Positions 1 to 14,311 of a stretch of 64,000 nt of DNA are shown in pieces. The notes beneath the pieces are model-generated. The model ran no database searches. It was given only the letters and a program-made list of their open reading frames with translations, and was not told the origin of the DNA. The translations under genes and the position numbers were made by a program. How positions within the stretch are numbered: position 1 is the first letter of the stretch; every line of letters starts with the position of its first letter. Source of the stretch: Vermamoeba vermiformis (lineage: Eukaryota); the NCBI GenBank assembly GCA_045837725.1, contig JBEWZL010000084.1, positions 186,001 through 250,000 on the forward strand, written 5' to 3'.

Positions 1-109
1 AGATTTCAAAGCCGCGTACTGACACGATTATTTGTAATAAACTCCTAATTTCGCTTTGAATTTGAGAGTGATTTAATATGAAATTACAAAAACAACGTTC
101 GCGAGTACC

Positions 110-2288
110 TTATTCACATCGAACAACTTGATACATGTTAGTCTCTCGTGAAGAGTCAGCATCGATTCCTAAATACAAATGTTATTATAAGGACGGCAAG
201 TACTCGAATAGCACAGCTTAGCTTACCGGAAATAGCAATTACATATTCACCATCAGCGACCAAATGAGCTTCCTTAGCCTTCTTAATGGCGGCTTGAACA
301 ATGGGCAAAACATCACCAGTCTGCATTCAATGGCACGTTAGCTCAGTTCTCAGCGTTGGTTTACAGATATTGATACTTACAGGGATGCTGTCAGTCAAGT
401 AAGGTACGGCACCACGTGACAACAAAACTTGACGAGCGACTTGAGGGTTGGAAGTGACGCAGTAAATAGGAGTGTGAGGTCTGTACTTGGAAACAAATCG
501 CAAAGCATCACCGTTCTCCGAGAGCACAATGATGAAAGTGGCGTCAAGATCCCACGCGGTCTTGACAGCACTGCTCGTGACTGACTCTGCAAGTGTAACG
601 TGTTCGGGCTCTTCGTACAACATGTAGTCACGAATAGCAGCGTAGAGTTCTCTGTACTTGATCAGCTTAGTTTCAACTTCGTAGCACTGTTGACGCAGAA
701 CTTTGATGCTCTTGACAGGGTAAGCACCTATCAATGGATATTAACCTCTGTTCTATGGCATTATATACCCTCAAATATGACTTACAGTTAGGCTGGCCAG
801 TAGTGTTAGTCAAAATAATAGTATCAGCGCCTTCGAAAACGGCGTTAGCAATGTCAGTGCACTCGGCACGAGTGGGACGAGGGTTCTTTTCCATTGAGTT
901 CAAAATTTGGTTAGCAACGAGGACGGGTTTGCCAGCCAAGTTGCATTTTCGAATCAAAGTTTTTTGCACGTAAGCGACCTGTGCACGGGTCAGATCGAGA
1001 TCAAAAAAGCGGAGAAGAGACACGTACCTTTTCAACAGGGATTTCGTTAGCAATTGATGAACGAGAGATCTGAACACCATCGGCAACAGCCAAAAGATTG
1101 TCAAAGTTGTCAATAGCTTCTTTGTTTTGAACCTTGGCGTAAATTTTGATACCACACTCGGCGACTCCAGGAAGAGCTCTATGAGGCAAGAGTAAGAATT
1201 TGAGTAGCATATAATAATATCATGTAATAGGTCCTTAGTAGTATTGACTTACCTAATCTCTTCAATATCAGCTGCCTTGGCGGCGTAACTGACAGTGATG
1301 AAGTCGAGACCGTGAGTGACTGCGAAATCAACGTCAAGTGTATCTTGGTAGGTCAAGAACGGGTTGTCCAAGTTAGATCTCATGCCGTGCACGGTGGCTG
1401 AATTGAAATTAAGCGTTAATAAAGCAGTCAAGACGAATTCAGACCCAGATCGATCCCGCGCCGGTTAATCAAAATCAAGAAAACTCGTTATTATAACGCT
1501 TACCAATTTTGTTTTCGCCCAAAGTAGCATCATTATCGACTGTAGTAATAATAGCTTTGTCTTTCACTTCTACAACAGTAAAGCTAATCAAACCATAATC
1601 AACGTAAATTTTCTCGCCAGGCTGAAAAATACCGTTAGTGGCTTGGAGAATAACAAAAAAATACAAATTATACGTATAATTGTAAGCAAGGAATAATGGT
1701 GCATAAATTATAAACCTGAAGATTTTTCTAAAAAATTTGGAAATTTTTTCTGGCATACCTTGACAAGCTTGGGCAAGTTCCAATATTTAATTGAGACTCC
1801 ATTTTCATCTCCTCGAATGAAGTTGACGTAAAATGTAAATCTCTGGCCAGCATTCAATCGGACAGACTTGACGCCCTCCTTAAAACCTCCAGTGCGGATT
1901 TCAGGACCTTTCAAGTCAGCTAAAATGCCGCAAATTCGGCCAGTCTCTTTGCTGACCTCTCTGATTTTTTGTACAACCTCGGCGTGGAACTAGATGCATA
2001 AATAAGCAAAATCAGACCGGCATCCAAATTTAATATTCCAAAAATCAGATAGAATAATTCAAAAAAATCAATTTCTTCGTGCAAAGTTATTTTTATGTTG
2101 ATTATACGTACTTGGTGCGTTCCGTGTGAAAAATTCAATCGAGCAACGCTCATCCCAGCAAGCATCATTTTTTTGAGGATCTCCTTGTTATTAGTGTTAA
2201 CACCAATAGTGCACATGATCTTAGTCTTCACTGTGCGGTGGTCCCATTTCTTTTCCTTCAGTTCCTCGATATCATTCAACCGAAACAT
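110..2288 (-). CDS. Pyruvate kinase-like protein, multi-exon, with substituted catalytic residues
   Basis: PK motifs [36 protein letters not shown] and SKYRP across exons; last exon ends MYQVVRCE* at 110. The start ATG (MFRLND) is inferred. Confidence 0.9.
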
Positions 2289-2600
2289 TCTTCTGTGTTT
2301 GTTCAAATTAAATTTCAAAAATAATGTCGATCGACACCAACAACGGCCGTTAATCCTCGCTAGCAAATTCTCACAAGTTTCTGAATTTAGGTCGCTAGGT
2401 CGTTTAAATAAATAATACCTGTAAATTGGTGAAAGTAATAATTTAATTGATAAGCTATTGTACAATTCTCGCATCCGCTTTCTCGATACGAGAAAATCTA
2501 TCGCTAAGGTTTCGTTAACTATTCACAATGCTATAGGTCTATAATGCAAACGGTACCTGTTCGTCGATTTCAAATCCATACAGTAAGCCAAAGTGGATCT

Positions 2601-4802
2601 TCAATTCTTTTTGGTCACGTGCCAGTTCAGCCTTTCAGTGAAGACGTATTTGAAGTGCGAGTAGTACATCGGTATGATCAAGTAGAAGACGGTGGCAACG
2701 GGTATCAGAATAACGTCCAGCAGTTTGAAATGCAGCTTGATCTTCTCGCCCGTGCTCCATGTTTTCTCACCACGCAAATTTCTGTGCTTGCGAAGTGTGT
2801 AGGCATTCTTGATCCAGTAAATGAACACGACGGCTACTGTGAGCACGAACAAGAAGAAGTTGATCATGTTGACGAGTTGCAGCACACCAGACTCGTGTTT
2901 GCTGAACAGATCGTTGTTGATCAGCACGACAAAGAGCGAGATCGCGGAGACGACCAAACTGTTCGGGAACAACACTTGCGCCTTGAGTACTTTCTCAATA
3001 AGCAATATTCTCTTCCAAATAGGGTAGTCATCGTAGCTCTTGAAGCAGTGAGTCAAAGTGTAAGCCACATCTGACACGCCGAACAGATGGCGCAGTGCTT
3101 GTTGATATCGCTCGTACAAAGAGTCGAAATAATTGGAACCCTTCACGTGTGCTAATCCAACAGGGCTGTAAATGGTCTCCAAGCGCGCACGACCACGTGT
3201 CATGATATTCGCCTTGATGGCGGTATGAAAATCTTCGGGCAATCCTTCTGGGCCTAACGTACGATAGTACCATTAATTAACCGTTGATATCATTGTGAAT
3301 AGATTCGAATAACGCTTATGATTCGGAAATAGCCATGGAAATTGAAATTCACAAGCGTGTTAAAATTTTTTCCTTCCGGACGCTCGTAAAAATTATTGCG
3401 CTAAAACACCCGTTATTGCGCTAAAACACCGCCCGGTAAAGCTTTCAAAATTTGTCACAAGTTGTGAATCAGATCGAAGTTACCGTTACATACCCGCATC
3501 CCAGTAACCAATTTCTTCGGCTAATCTAACACTGAGGCTGTACGCAGAGCACGGCATCTTGATATAATCATGTCCTGCTAAGTTTTCTAATACTCCGAGA
3601 GCCCAGCTATTGTCCATGGCTCGCACGAGCGAAGGAACTTCGTCAGGGTTGATATAATACTGAACAGGAGGTGCGAATATTCTGCTGTAACGATGTTCGC
3701 TCACGACAAATCGTTCTGTTAATTTTATGAAGTATTTCTCGTCCCAAAGAATGTCAGCATCCGAAATCTGAATGAAATCGTCAGTAAATGCGCCAATATT
3801 TAAAGCAAAGAATGGCGGTATTGCACGCGTAATTATTATAAGCTTTGGTAAATATTACAAAATTGTTGGAGTGAGTTCAACCTCCGTAGACAAAGCTAGT
3901 TTGTCTCCTGTTCACTAACGGCCACGAAAGAACGAAAAAAATATCATGACAATTCGTAAAAGTTGAGGAAAGGCATATATATATGTTGATTTGTGTATGT
4001 ACGAATTGAATTAAGCTGCAAAAAAGTATTTTTCGAATTTGGCGAGTAGATCCCTTGGATCGGATAAAACTGTTTTAGAAACTTTACCGTGAAAACCAAG
4101 TAGTTAATGTCCAGGCCCAATGCAGTTAATGCCTTTTTTGCTTCTTGAGTCGCATAAGCTTCGTTTGATCCTTTGCCCGGTAACTCGTTTGGAATATTCG
4201 CTGGGTGACACGTCCGAATTAAATGCAAGAATGTCTTCTCGTGCTTGGCATAGAGCGAATTAAATTTAACGAGGCCTTCTTCGCCTTCATTTTGCTCCAT
4301 AGCCATTACGATCGCGTAGTTTGTCTTTGCCGCACTGTGACCGCCCTTATAACCGTCGAGAATTAATAATTGAGAATATAAATGCGCGTAATATGCTATA
4401 AAATGTAAATTGATACTTGTTTGCTATTTTTTGAATTCGTACCAGTCGACTAAGCGTGCGATCGAGTAATGCTTCGTCTTCTTTGTAATTAGGAATGACA
4501 ATAACGTGACAAACCCTCGATGAATCCAAGGTCGTGGGTGTTTGTGCTTCTATGTCTTGCAACAGGGGCTTTTTCTCGTTTGGTTTGAAGATATTGACAC
4601 GAGGCATCTGCTCCAAATTGAGAATCTTGAAGAAGCCCACGAATGTGTTGATAGTATAAAAGAAAAATATATATGTCAAGTACAGCTTGCATATTAAAAT
4701 AAAGTAGAGAGTCGCGATCGGGAAGTAGAATGTTCCGGCCCCAAGGAAAGTGAAACAGATGAGCGCAATGCACGCGGGCAGAGCACGAAGACCTATATTC
4801 AT
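2601..4802 (-). CDS. Membrane GT2-like (GT-A fold) glycosyltransferase
   Basis: N-terminal TMs, VIVIPNYKED, PGKGSN, DAD motif, GYWD, PED and a QALRH variant of QxxRW, followed by C-terminal TMs. Confidence 0.8.
3393..3430. repeat. 18-bp direct duplication in an intron
   Basis: ttattgcgctaaaacacc at 3393-3410 and 3413-3430. Confidence 0.9.
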
Positions 4803-5231
4803 TCTATAAAATAGGTATTTTGTTTGTTGTGCTCACTTTGGTAGCCGTTTTTGCTCTATTGGAAACACAAATTCGAAAGTTTGTCCTTTTTTTACCAACT
4901 TGCGAATTAACGAATGCGGAAATTGTTGCGGTGTGGATACTGTGGAGGCTGCGGGGTATATATTCATACGCAAAGATACAATCCGTTTACTGTTTCAGAT
5001 CCAAGTGATCCATTGTGTCAACAAATTCCGTTCCGTTTCCGCAGGACCCGAAACATTTCGGGAATTGATTCGACTAACCTGACTCTACTCATATGAGTCG
5101 TTCTCTATGTCTCGTGTTGCCGACTTCGGCTTATTATTAAGAAATTTCCACCAGATCTTTCGAAGTTTGTTGCTGGTTCCTGTTTTTGTCTTTTCGTCCA
5201 AACCCGCGAAATACAATACTACTTAAAGCAA

Positions 5232-6183
5232 ATGGATGCGTTGAAATTATTGCTAAACGCCTCCTCGCAAAAGTCGGTGGAAGAGATCTTTGTATTAGCT
5301 TACAAACGACGAAATGAAAATTTTACAGATAAAGAAAAAAAGGCACTTGCAGAGTTGTTATCAATTACAGTAGAAGAGGCCACGAAGGTATTTTTCTGCA
5401 GATCGACTTTCTACCGATATTTTCTTAGGCAACCACATTTTTCTAAAATTAATTTTAAATATCAGTTATTACTGGCTACACGTATAGTCGTCTCAGAAGC
5501 ATTATTCAACGCAATGGAGGCAGAAGATATTGTGCAATATTTACCACGAGATCTTAACGACAAACTAAAGCAATTAATCGCCAAAATTATTACACATCAT
5601 ATGCCTAAATGGAAAGAACAAGCCATTAGCACACAGGTAATTAGTAAAAAAATTGATTGAATAAGAAAATCAACTTAGCTGCATAATAAAAATACTCGCG
5701 TAACGAATAGTTTGCTCCATAATTGTAGCCTTATTTGCAATCAATACGACACTGTTAGCTGAATATTAACAATGATTTGATGCAATTTAGATCTCGTTAC
5801 CCCGTTTTCAAGATATTGATTGGCGAGTGGACATCACCAGTGCCTCCGATCAGATGCATCGTATGAATTTACCATCGGTTATTGTACAATTAAAGGTAAG
5901 CGCACTTAATTTGCAAATTACAAGCAAAATTTAGATCTCGAGATCCACGCAGTCCAACGACCTTAAACTTTCGATAGTCATCGTCTTCATGTTGATAGAT
6001 CCTATAGTTCATCAATGACCAGTACTAACTATCGTAATATAACAGGTCAAGGATAATCCTCAATCACTGGGCGAGGAGCCAGCGATGAGAAACGTTAACT
6101 TTGAAATGACCAAAGAAGCGCTTGACACTGTGTTAGAAGGTCTCTGGCAGATTAGAGATCAATTAGGATCGCTGACAAAGTAG
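5232..6183 (+). CDS. COMMD9: COMM domain protein, COMMD9-like
   Basis: Four exons; COMM domain SLPRFQDIDWRVDI...FEMTKEALDTVLEGLWQIRDQL, stop at 6181-6183. Confidence 0.8.
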
Positions 6184-6335
6184 ATTGTGGAGCATTACCT
6201 ATTGTCGAATAATAAACTGTTCATTTTGTAGTTTACGTACAGTTTTTCAAGCCAATTTTTTTCTCGTGCATTTTGTCCTTTGCAAACTCGCAATTCTTAT
6301 TTTGTTTTAAATGTAAATAGTGTACAATATATCAT

Positions 6336-7995
6336 ATGGAGTCAAATGTACAGTTGCTGCGCAAGAAGCAGCAGTTCATGCAAGAGACGATCCAATCATT
6401 AGATGACTGGATTGCCGATTGCGAACGTTATAAAGAGCAATTTTCGCCAGGTAAATAATATTCATATATATAATAATAATGTTGAGCGTCCACTTCAATA
6501 CGATTGGCTCTAATTTCCTAATTTCAATAAAATAGACAAAATGGAGGAAGAAGGAACGAATCCGACGGAGGCAATTCATTCAATATGTAAAAAGGTGGCC
6601 GATAGCAAATTAGATACAAAATTTACACAAGGTAAGCGCGAGAATCGAAAATTAATTTTTCAAATATTCATTATTATTTTCCAACAGGCCAGAAGGAATT
6701 TCATGCAGCAATAAATAAAGTTGGAAAGGTTATTGACAAGGTAATTTATTAATACCTTATTATTGTCAATTACGAAAGATTTTCATTTCGTAGTTCAAAT
6801 CCAACGAAAGTTCGTTTCTCTTCGTGTCCTGACCTTCTTTGTACTAACAGGAGGTCGAAAGTGAAGTGACTAAGCTATATCAAGGCTTAGATCTGCACAA
6901 AGAACAACTACAGACCTTAATTGCTCAACATCTGTTCCGCGAGGGCAGATTTCAGCTTGGCGAGACTTTCTTAAAGGTAACTAATCCCCTCGCGTGCAAT
7001 AAGATAAATTAAGTATTTAAAACCATTTTCTAACGATTTACACGTGCAGGAAGCTCGTATCCAGATCCCTGACGAGATGAAGAAACCTTTTATCGAGCTG
7101 TACAAAATTCTCGAGTCAATTCAGAGTGGTAACATCGACTTGGCTATAGAGTGAGTTGTATTATTTTTTCGAGACTTGTCATTAACGAGGTAATAGCTGG
7201 GCTAAATCAAAGAGACGAGAGCTGGATGCGATCGGCAGTACCATTGAGTTTCAATTCCACAAACTTCAATTCTCAAATTATCTGCGTAATGGCAAGAGCA
7301 TGGAGGCACTTGATTATGCTCGCAAGCATTTCACTCACTTTGTCAAAAAAGAACTGCGAGGTACGTACCCCATCCATTCCATGTACCATTTTCCTTATTC
7401 AGCGCTAACGTCTTCCAAATATAGAAATTCAGCGATTGATGGGCAGTCTCGTCTACTGCAAAGATCTCGAGAATTCACCGTATCGTGATTTGCACAGCTC
7501 ACTCGCGGACATAGATCTGCGCAGTCAATTTGCACGTGATTATTGTCGCTTGCTTGGACTGCCACCAGACTCAGCCTTGTACACATGCGTTACAGCTGGG
7601 TCTGCAGCACTGCCTATATTAATCAAAGCATCAGTATTGATGAGCAAGGCTGACTGGATCTCCGGAGATGTATTGCCGGTAAGTTGTGCCACGATGACTT
7701 CTCAGATCTGACTCGTACTTACACATCCTTTCATTAGGTTGAAATTGATCCTAAGGAACTCGAGGCCCCAAGCCCTACACATGCAAATAAGAACTTTGTC
7801 TATCACTCTATATTCAGCTGTCCAGTATCGAAGGAACAATCGTCACCAAACAACCCACCAGTTCGATTGCCCTGCGGTCACGTGTTATGTAAATTGTCAA
7901 TGGAGAGGCTCATTCGTGCTTCTACACAGCGATACAAGTGTCCTTATTGTCCTACTGAGGGCACTGCTGATGAAGTACAGATTGTAAGTTTTTAA
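6336..7995 (+). CDS. RMND5: GID/CTLH E3 ligase RING subunit RMND5/Gid2
   Basis: LisH (LIAQHLFREGRF), CTLH/CRA (LEFQFHKL, EALDYARKHF) and degenerate RING (HSIFSCPVSKEQ..PVRLPCGHV..KCPYCP). Confidence 0.9.
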
Positions 7996-8244
7996 AGTAA
8001 ATAGTTGTTCATAAACCCTAGATCCGTTTCAAAATCGTTATCTTCACCATTTATTTACCATTGGCATTGCTCGTAGTCGCACCTTAATTCAACTTTTGGT
8101 TTAATGTCGGGAAAGTGAGTTCAAAATTTTGGCTGTTCTGTTGTCGCGATAGAACGAGCAATCGAACAGAGGTCTCGTGTATTTGTATAATATAGCAATC
8201 AGTATTTGTAAATAGCAGACCTTTAAAAGAAAGCGAGCAGTACA

Positions 8245-10451
8245 ATGTTCAGCAGAACTCAGATTTGTTTGAAAAAGTTAATTTCTCTTCGTGGATCGAG
8301 AGCTCTGGCAGCAAAGAATTATTCAACAGAAGTACGTATATTTGGAGCTATTAAGTGTTGTTTAGTACAGTAGTGCGACGGCCTGACGCGTGACTTCACG
8401 TTCTTGAATAATTTTCCGGCATTTAAAAAATTCTATCAAATATCTCAATATTTTTATTATTATGTAGAGCATATATCTAAGCGATATTTACAGAAAAATA
8501 AAAGCCAGAATTTTGACGTGCTAATTGTCGGCTCTGGAATGGTTGGATCTGCTCTTGGCTGTGCTTTAGGTACGACATTAGTATTACCAATTATATTGAA
8601 GTCAACTGTAATAAATTTTATTATTGAAGGCCAATCTAAACTCACTCGGCACTTGAAGATTGGAGTTATTGAGACTGCGAAACCCAAGTAAGCCCATGCT
8701 TTATTATTCTTATTTACGTATACTCAATTTTGCTAATTATATCAATATTCATAGCTTATCGCTCAATCTTCCGCCGCATCCGTCGTTACGAGTGTCAGCC
8801 ATTAGCACGGGATCTCAAAAGCTATTCCAAGGTACTATACGATCAGAAGCCTTAATAACAGCTTATTTATTATGTACTCGGCCGTCTTAATAATATTATA
8901 GCTGTTGGTGCCTGGGAGTTAATGGAAAACAAGCGAGTCTCGCCGTACACAGCGATGCGCGTGTGGGAATCAGAAGGACCAGCCTCAATGAATTTTGATG
9001 CGACAGAACTCGGTTTGAACGAGCTAGGATATATGATTGAAAATGATGTTATTCAAACGGCACTGCAAGAACGACTAACTGAATTCCCGAATGTTGAGTT
9101 TATGTACCCGATCCAGATCGAGAGCATTGAGTTGCCGCCAGATCATATGTCATATGACCCTGTAGTAGTTAAGACGAAACAAGGCCACACTTACAAAGCG
9201 AAGATGATTGTTGGTGCTGATGGCGCGAATTCATTGGTCAGAAACAGTGCTGGCATTCACACCCTAGGATATTCTTACAATCAAATGGTACGTCACATTA
9301 AAGTCTTTTTTGCTAGCTCTCCCAAATTTAGTTGATAAAACTAAAGAGGGTAAATTATATGGATCAAGTTTTTACCGGCCAACAAAAAATCGGCATGACA
9401 ATGACGCGTTTTAACGTTTATATTGTGCTTTAGGGAGTTGTTGCAAGCGTAAAACATCCAAAAGGAGTCATTAACAGAACAGCGTGGCAGCGATTCTTGC
9501 CTGAAGGACCGATTGCATTACTACCTGTAAGATCCACCTCCACCCTTTACTTACAGTCAAATAATTGACGTGCAATTACAGTTTGGCGAGTATAGTTCAA
9601 TAGTATGGTCTACAAATCAAGCGCACTCAGAGTATTTAATGAAATTGCCAAGTGATCGTAAGTCACGCGTGACACGTGATTGGCGACGTTGTTGATCTGA
9701 CACTAATGACACCTATTTAGATTTCGCAGCTGAAGTTGATAGAGCTCTACGGGCACCATTTGAAACTGCCGTTGAAAAAGCCAAGTCTACCACATTTAAC
9801 CCGATCGAGTCCGTCAAGGAGACAGCGGATCTGTTGTTCAACGTTTTGACTGGCCGAAACTTCAAAGGTACAAGTACCAAGATTTTACATAACGATCGAT
9901 CTTATTTATATTATTTAGATGTCGGCGAAGATGTTCCCAAAATAGAATCAGTTGAAGGTCAACGAGGAGCCTTCCCGTTAAGATTAATGCACGCAACACG
10001 ATACATTTCAAACCGAATGGCGTTGATAGGGTACGAATAGAGGAGACGAACAGACCTAGTATAATCATTGAGTATACTAACATTATCTTATAGCGATGCA
10101 GCACACGTTGTGCATCCTTTAGCAGGCCAAGGAGTGAACTTGGGCTTCAGCGATGTCGTCGTGTTAGTGCACGCCATAGCTGAGGGTGTGATGACCGGTC
10201 AAGACGTGGGATCGTACCTCATGTTGTCAGCATATGAAAATGAAAAGAAGCTGCAGAACATGGTCACCATGGGTGGAGTTGACGGCATCAAACGAGTGTA
10301 CAGCATGAATTTCTTGCCCATTGCTGCTCTCAGGAATTTGGGCGTGTTAATATCGGATAGTGTTCCTCCTATTAAGCGCGCCTACCAGAAGTTTGCTAGT
10401 GGCGATTCAGCAATGTTAGAAAGTGTTATTAAACAAATGCATCCGCTGTAA
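8245..10451 (+). CDS. COQ6: Ubiquinone biosynthesis FAD monooxygenase COQ6
   Basis: Mitochondrial-type N-terminus, DVLIVGSGMVG, RVSAI, VGADGANS, AWQRFLPEGPIALLP, DAAHVVHPLAGQGVNLG. Confidence 0.93.
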
Positions 10452-10752
10452 CCATATACGGAATAAGAAGGCATTTATACGTGATTATTCTACTTTCTTC
10501 TAAGCCATCTTCTTCCCGTTCACGAAAAAAAGAAAGTTAGAGAAATGCAAGCGAGCGCCATTTTTTGAAAGTAGCTTTTTTACTTGACCACAACCGCCTT
10601 TTCCTCATGATCGAGACTCGATTAAGAGCGCAACACTCAATTATTAGTCAGCTAAATCTTGCGCGACCCTTTCTAAACAGAGGTTCGTTTCCCGAGTCAA
10701 TTTTCCCGAGCCTCGGAAGAGATTTTTAGAATTTAAGAAACTAAGAATAAAC

Positions 10753-13700
10753 ATGGAGGAAAAAGCCCACGGTAATGATTTTAATTAATGACAATTTTCT
10801 GTGAGAAATATTAATTATTATTATTCGTATTTAATACAAATCCATTGGTTATCTTAACAAGTCAAAATTTTAACAATTTGTTCAAGACGAGAGAGATGAG
10901 CCATACGAAGAGTATTATGCAGAACCTGCTAAAAAACGACATAAGCCTGATTTCCGACGACAATTTTATCCAACTGATCCAAACAGATTGAATTTAACCC
11001 GAGATGCCCAACAGGTACGAGTATTCCCACTAATATAATATTCATAGTCCTATTATTAGAAAAAAGTTTTCGTAGCACTTCCAGCTCTCTTTGTCGGCCG
11101 CGTCGAAGAACTCGCAACGCTCAAGTCCGTAGTGCAAGAAAACTTGTACATACTTCACCAGCGGCCAACAACACTCGTCATAGGCGGACCTTCCGGCATA
11201 GGGAAGTCTCACTTGGCCTTGAAGTTGATCGAGGAAGTCAAGTTTGATTGGAGCATTGCCGTAACGGCCGTTGCAGGAAGCAACCCGAATCAACTACTAT
11301 GGGAAGAGCTCGGTATGCGTGGTACTCCGATGATATCTTCAAGCTAATAGTGGAGTCATTGCCTGGACAAGTATGATGTTAATTTCCACGCACGTCCTTA
11401 ACTCGCTTTACTTGATAGTTTAGCGCCGAAGAGCCGTTCAAAATTGCGATTTATTTCGATCATATTCATCACTTTGACATGGCACAGATACGGGCTTTGC
11501 GACATGATATCATGCTCATCAATATGCACTACGGCACTAAAGGCTTAATTCAACTGATCCTCACGAGTGCTTCAGCGACATTTTTACCGCTGGAACTTGG
11601 AGAAAGTGAAAAATGGAGTGGCTGTGGCGGTTGGTACGTGGCTAACCTTCAACCGTTGAATCGCCACGAGAGCATTGCGTTACTGAATTCGGCTTTGGTT
11701 ACAGACAACGACAATGGCTTTGTAAATAAGTTTATTAATAACCCTGAAATTGAGCGTGCAACTGGCTGGTTCGGTAAGTTGATTTTAAATTTTGTTTCGT
11801 TTCGTTCTGACCCTTGGTTTATCAGGTGGTAACCCACGACTTATAGAATTTGCAGCCTCTTGTTTGAAACATAATCTAGCACACAATGCATATACCTTGA
11901 TTAACACCGTCACTAATTGTTTTTCAAAAACGTACTGGTCCAGACTGATGGAAAAACAAGGCGTGTATCCAATCATTGTGGCGGCATGTCTTTCCCAACA
12001 ACCTGTTCGCTACAGAGACGAATTACAATCGAAGGTAAATAACTGGCGTTACTTATAAATACTCATTATCACGCTCTAGGGTACTACTGTCAAAGTTTCG
12101 GATCTTGTGCGCAAGGGAATCGTTGGATTCAAACCTTTATCACACGTGGAAGGCTATTGTGGAGAACATACGCTTGGCTACTTGACGTTATCGTTATTGG
12201 AGGTACACAAGTTCATATCGATCTACAATCCCAATTTCAATGCTCCCTTGTTGACGGATCCGACGCAGTGGTGCACCCAATTTTAGTCACCCGCGACTTA
12301 GCGGTTTTGCTAGGATGTTTTCGCTGCACGTATATAATGAACTTATGCACGAAGAAAATAGGTGAACTTTTGTTAGATTGTTCAAACTCGAATAAAACTA
12401 GCGGACTTTAAAATACTTTGTCAACGTATTTCTGCAGCACAAGGCAGCTTTAAGTTGGTTGAAAGCTGAAAAAGAATGGGCAGTAATCATAGTTCGCAGG
12501 TATCGGCTCCTGAGATTATTCAACAAGCGGAGAATACGAAGCTGATCGAGCAGTTCCAATTTTACCCTCCAGAAGGTAGTTAATTTTTCAAATAATTAAT
12601 TTACAGTATTATATAAGAGGCACTATCGTTTATTATCCAGCTACGGAGCAAATTTACCGATTATTATTTGTTTTAATTATTTAATTTGATTTTGTCGTCC
12701 CATTGTCTTGCAACGAATAATACAAATATATTTTTGCTAATAATATCATTTAGAGTTAAAAATTATCCATACACTATCGCAGTCAGCGAAGGGTACGGTT
12801 TACTCGGTGGATCATCAAGGCAAACAGCTCTGCGCAAAATACTTTACTAGCCAGCAAGAATTTGAGCACGAATTATTCATTTATAGGTATTTTAAATGAA
12901 ATTGTGATATTTGAAGACTGTTAATTCAAATACTAACGAGATTTTTTTTCGCGCCGAAGTTTGATCCACCAAAAAGAGTGTCCAGCGATTACCAAAATTA
13001 TAGGAATATCCAAAATTGATCAAAACTACGTCCTTCTATTAGAATTACTCCCAATGGGCTCGCTAGAAAATTATACAGTGAAAAGTAAGTTACTTTTTGT
13101 AAACCTTCGCAGATGCACCTTACTAACGCAGTTTAACATTAGAAAATAACAGATTATCACTGAAAGATACACTACAAATATTATCCGATGTTATGGAGGG
13201 TCTGTGTTTCTTGCATACGAATGACATAATTTATCGCGATCTGGCACTCCGAAATATTTTATTGGTAAGCTAATAGAACATTTCACTCGTACAAAATATC
13301 CTCTAATATTATATAATAGTACCATGATGCCGATATCAATGCTATTAGAGCGAAGATTACGGACTTTGGTTGGTCGCAACAAAAATCGACTAACGTTTCC
13401 GCCGTGGGCGGGCCTTATCGTATTCTAGCACCTGAATCGATCAAAGACTTTATTTTCAATGAAAAGACCGACGTATGGAGCTTTGGAGTGCTTATTTATT
13501 CCTTGTTGACTTACCAACGTAAGACTGATCTTACTGAACTGCGAATGGAATTTTAAATTTTATCAATTGTAGGGCCTTATGCTGATATTGAGAAGCCACT
13601 TCAAGTCAAAGAAGCAATTGAAGATGGCAGACGACTAACCCTCGTGTCGACGGTGTTCGACAACGAATCCGCGTTGACGGAGCAAGAGCACAATGTGATC

Positions 13701-13802
13701 AAAGACCTCGCGTCGTTATTCAAAGAGATACATGCTGACAATGCCGAGCAACGGCCCGATCCTTACTCAATATTAGAACGGTTACGTTTATTGAAGAAGT
13801 AA
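10753..13802 (+). CDS. P-loop NTPase fused to a C-terminal TKL/tyrosine-kinase-like domain
   Basis: Walker A GGPSGIGKS, Walker B-like IYFDH and GGNPRL; kinase motifs YRDLALRNIL, DFG, APE and DVWSFG. Linkage across 12200-12750 needs several small exons and is uncertain. Confidence 0.65.
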
Positions 13803-14311
13803 CGAGTTCTACTTCAAGTCCGGAGTTTTCTTTGCCTTAGCCACGTGCAACACGACAGCTATATCTGCGTTGTATTGTTTTGCTGCTTCTACTATATTTG
13901 CTTCACAACCTGGTAAGCAGTGTGGTTAGATCAGAACGTCGATCTGACGCCGTCAATTATTTACTCTTGTTCGCAGGCAAATGACCCATCAGCTTATCGA
14001 TCTCTTTTTCGTTCTCCTTCCTTGCAAATGCACCTGCTAGCAATCTAACAACGAGTGCAAAAGCAAGATGAATCCGGAACGAACCGATCTCGTGTAACAA
14101 ATGTGTTTTATTCAAACATCGCTTACAGGTATGCGAGTCCGATAACAAGCAATATTAATATTATTGGTCATTATTTCATTATTATATTGTAACTTCCAAA
14201 TTCGAGTCGTTTCTTAATTTCCGAGCGGTTATTTGCAGCAATCATTATTTTTTTTAAACACAACGCCACAAAACCAGTCCAAAAATTCTAAACTATATAC
14301 AGAACGGCATA

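Noticed and set aside
2544-3074. 176-aa plus-strand ORF
   Set aside because: Antisense shadow of the GT2 last exon; no recognisable motifs.
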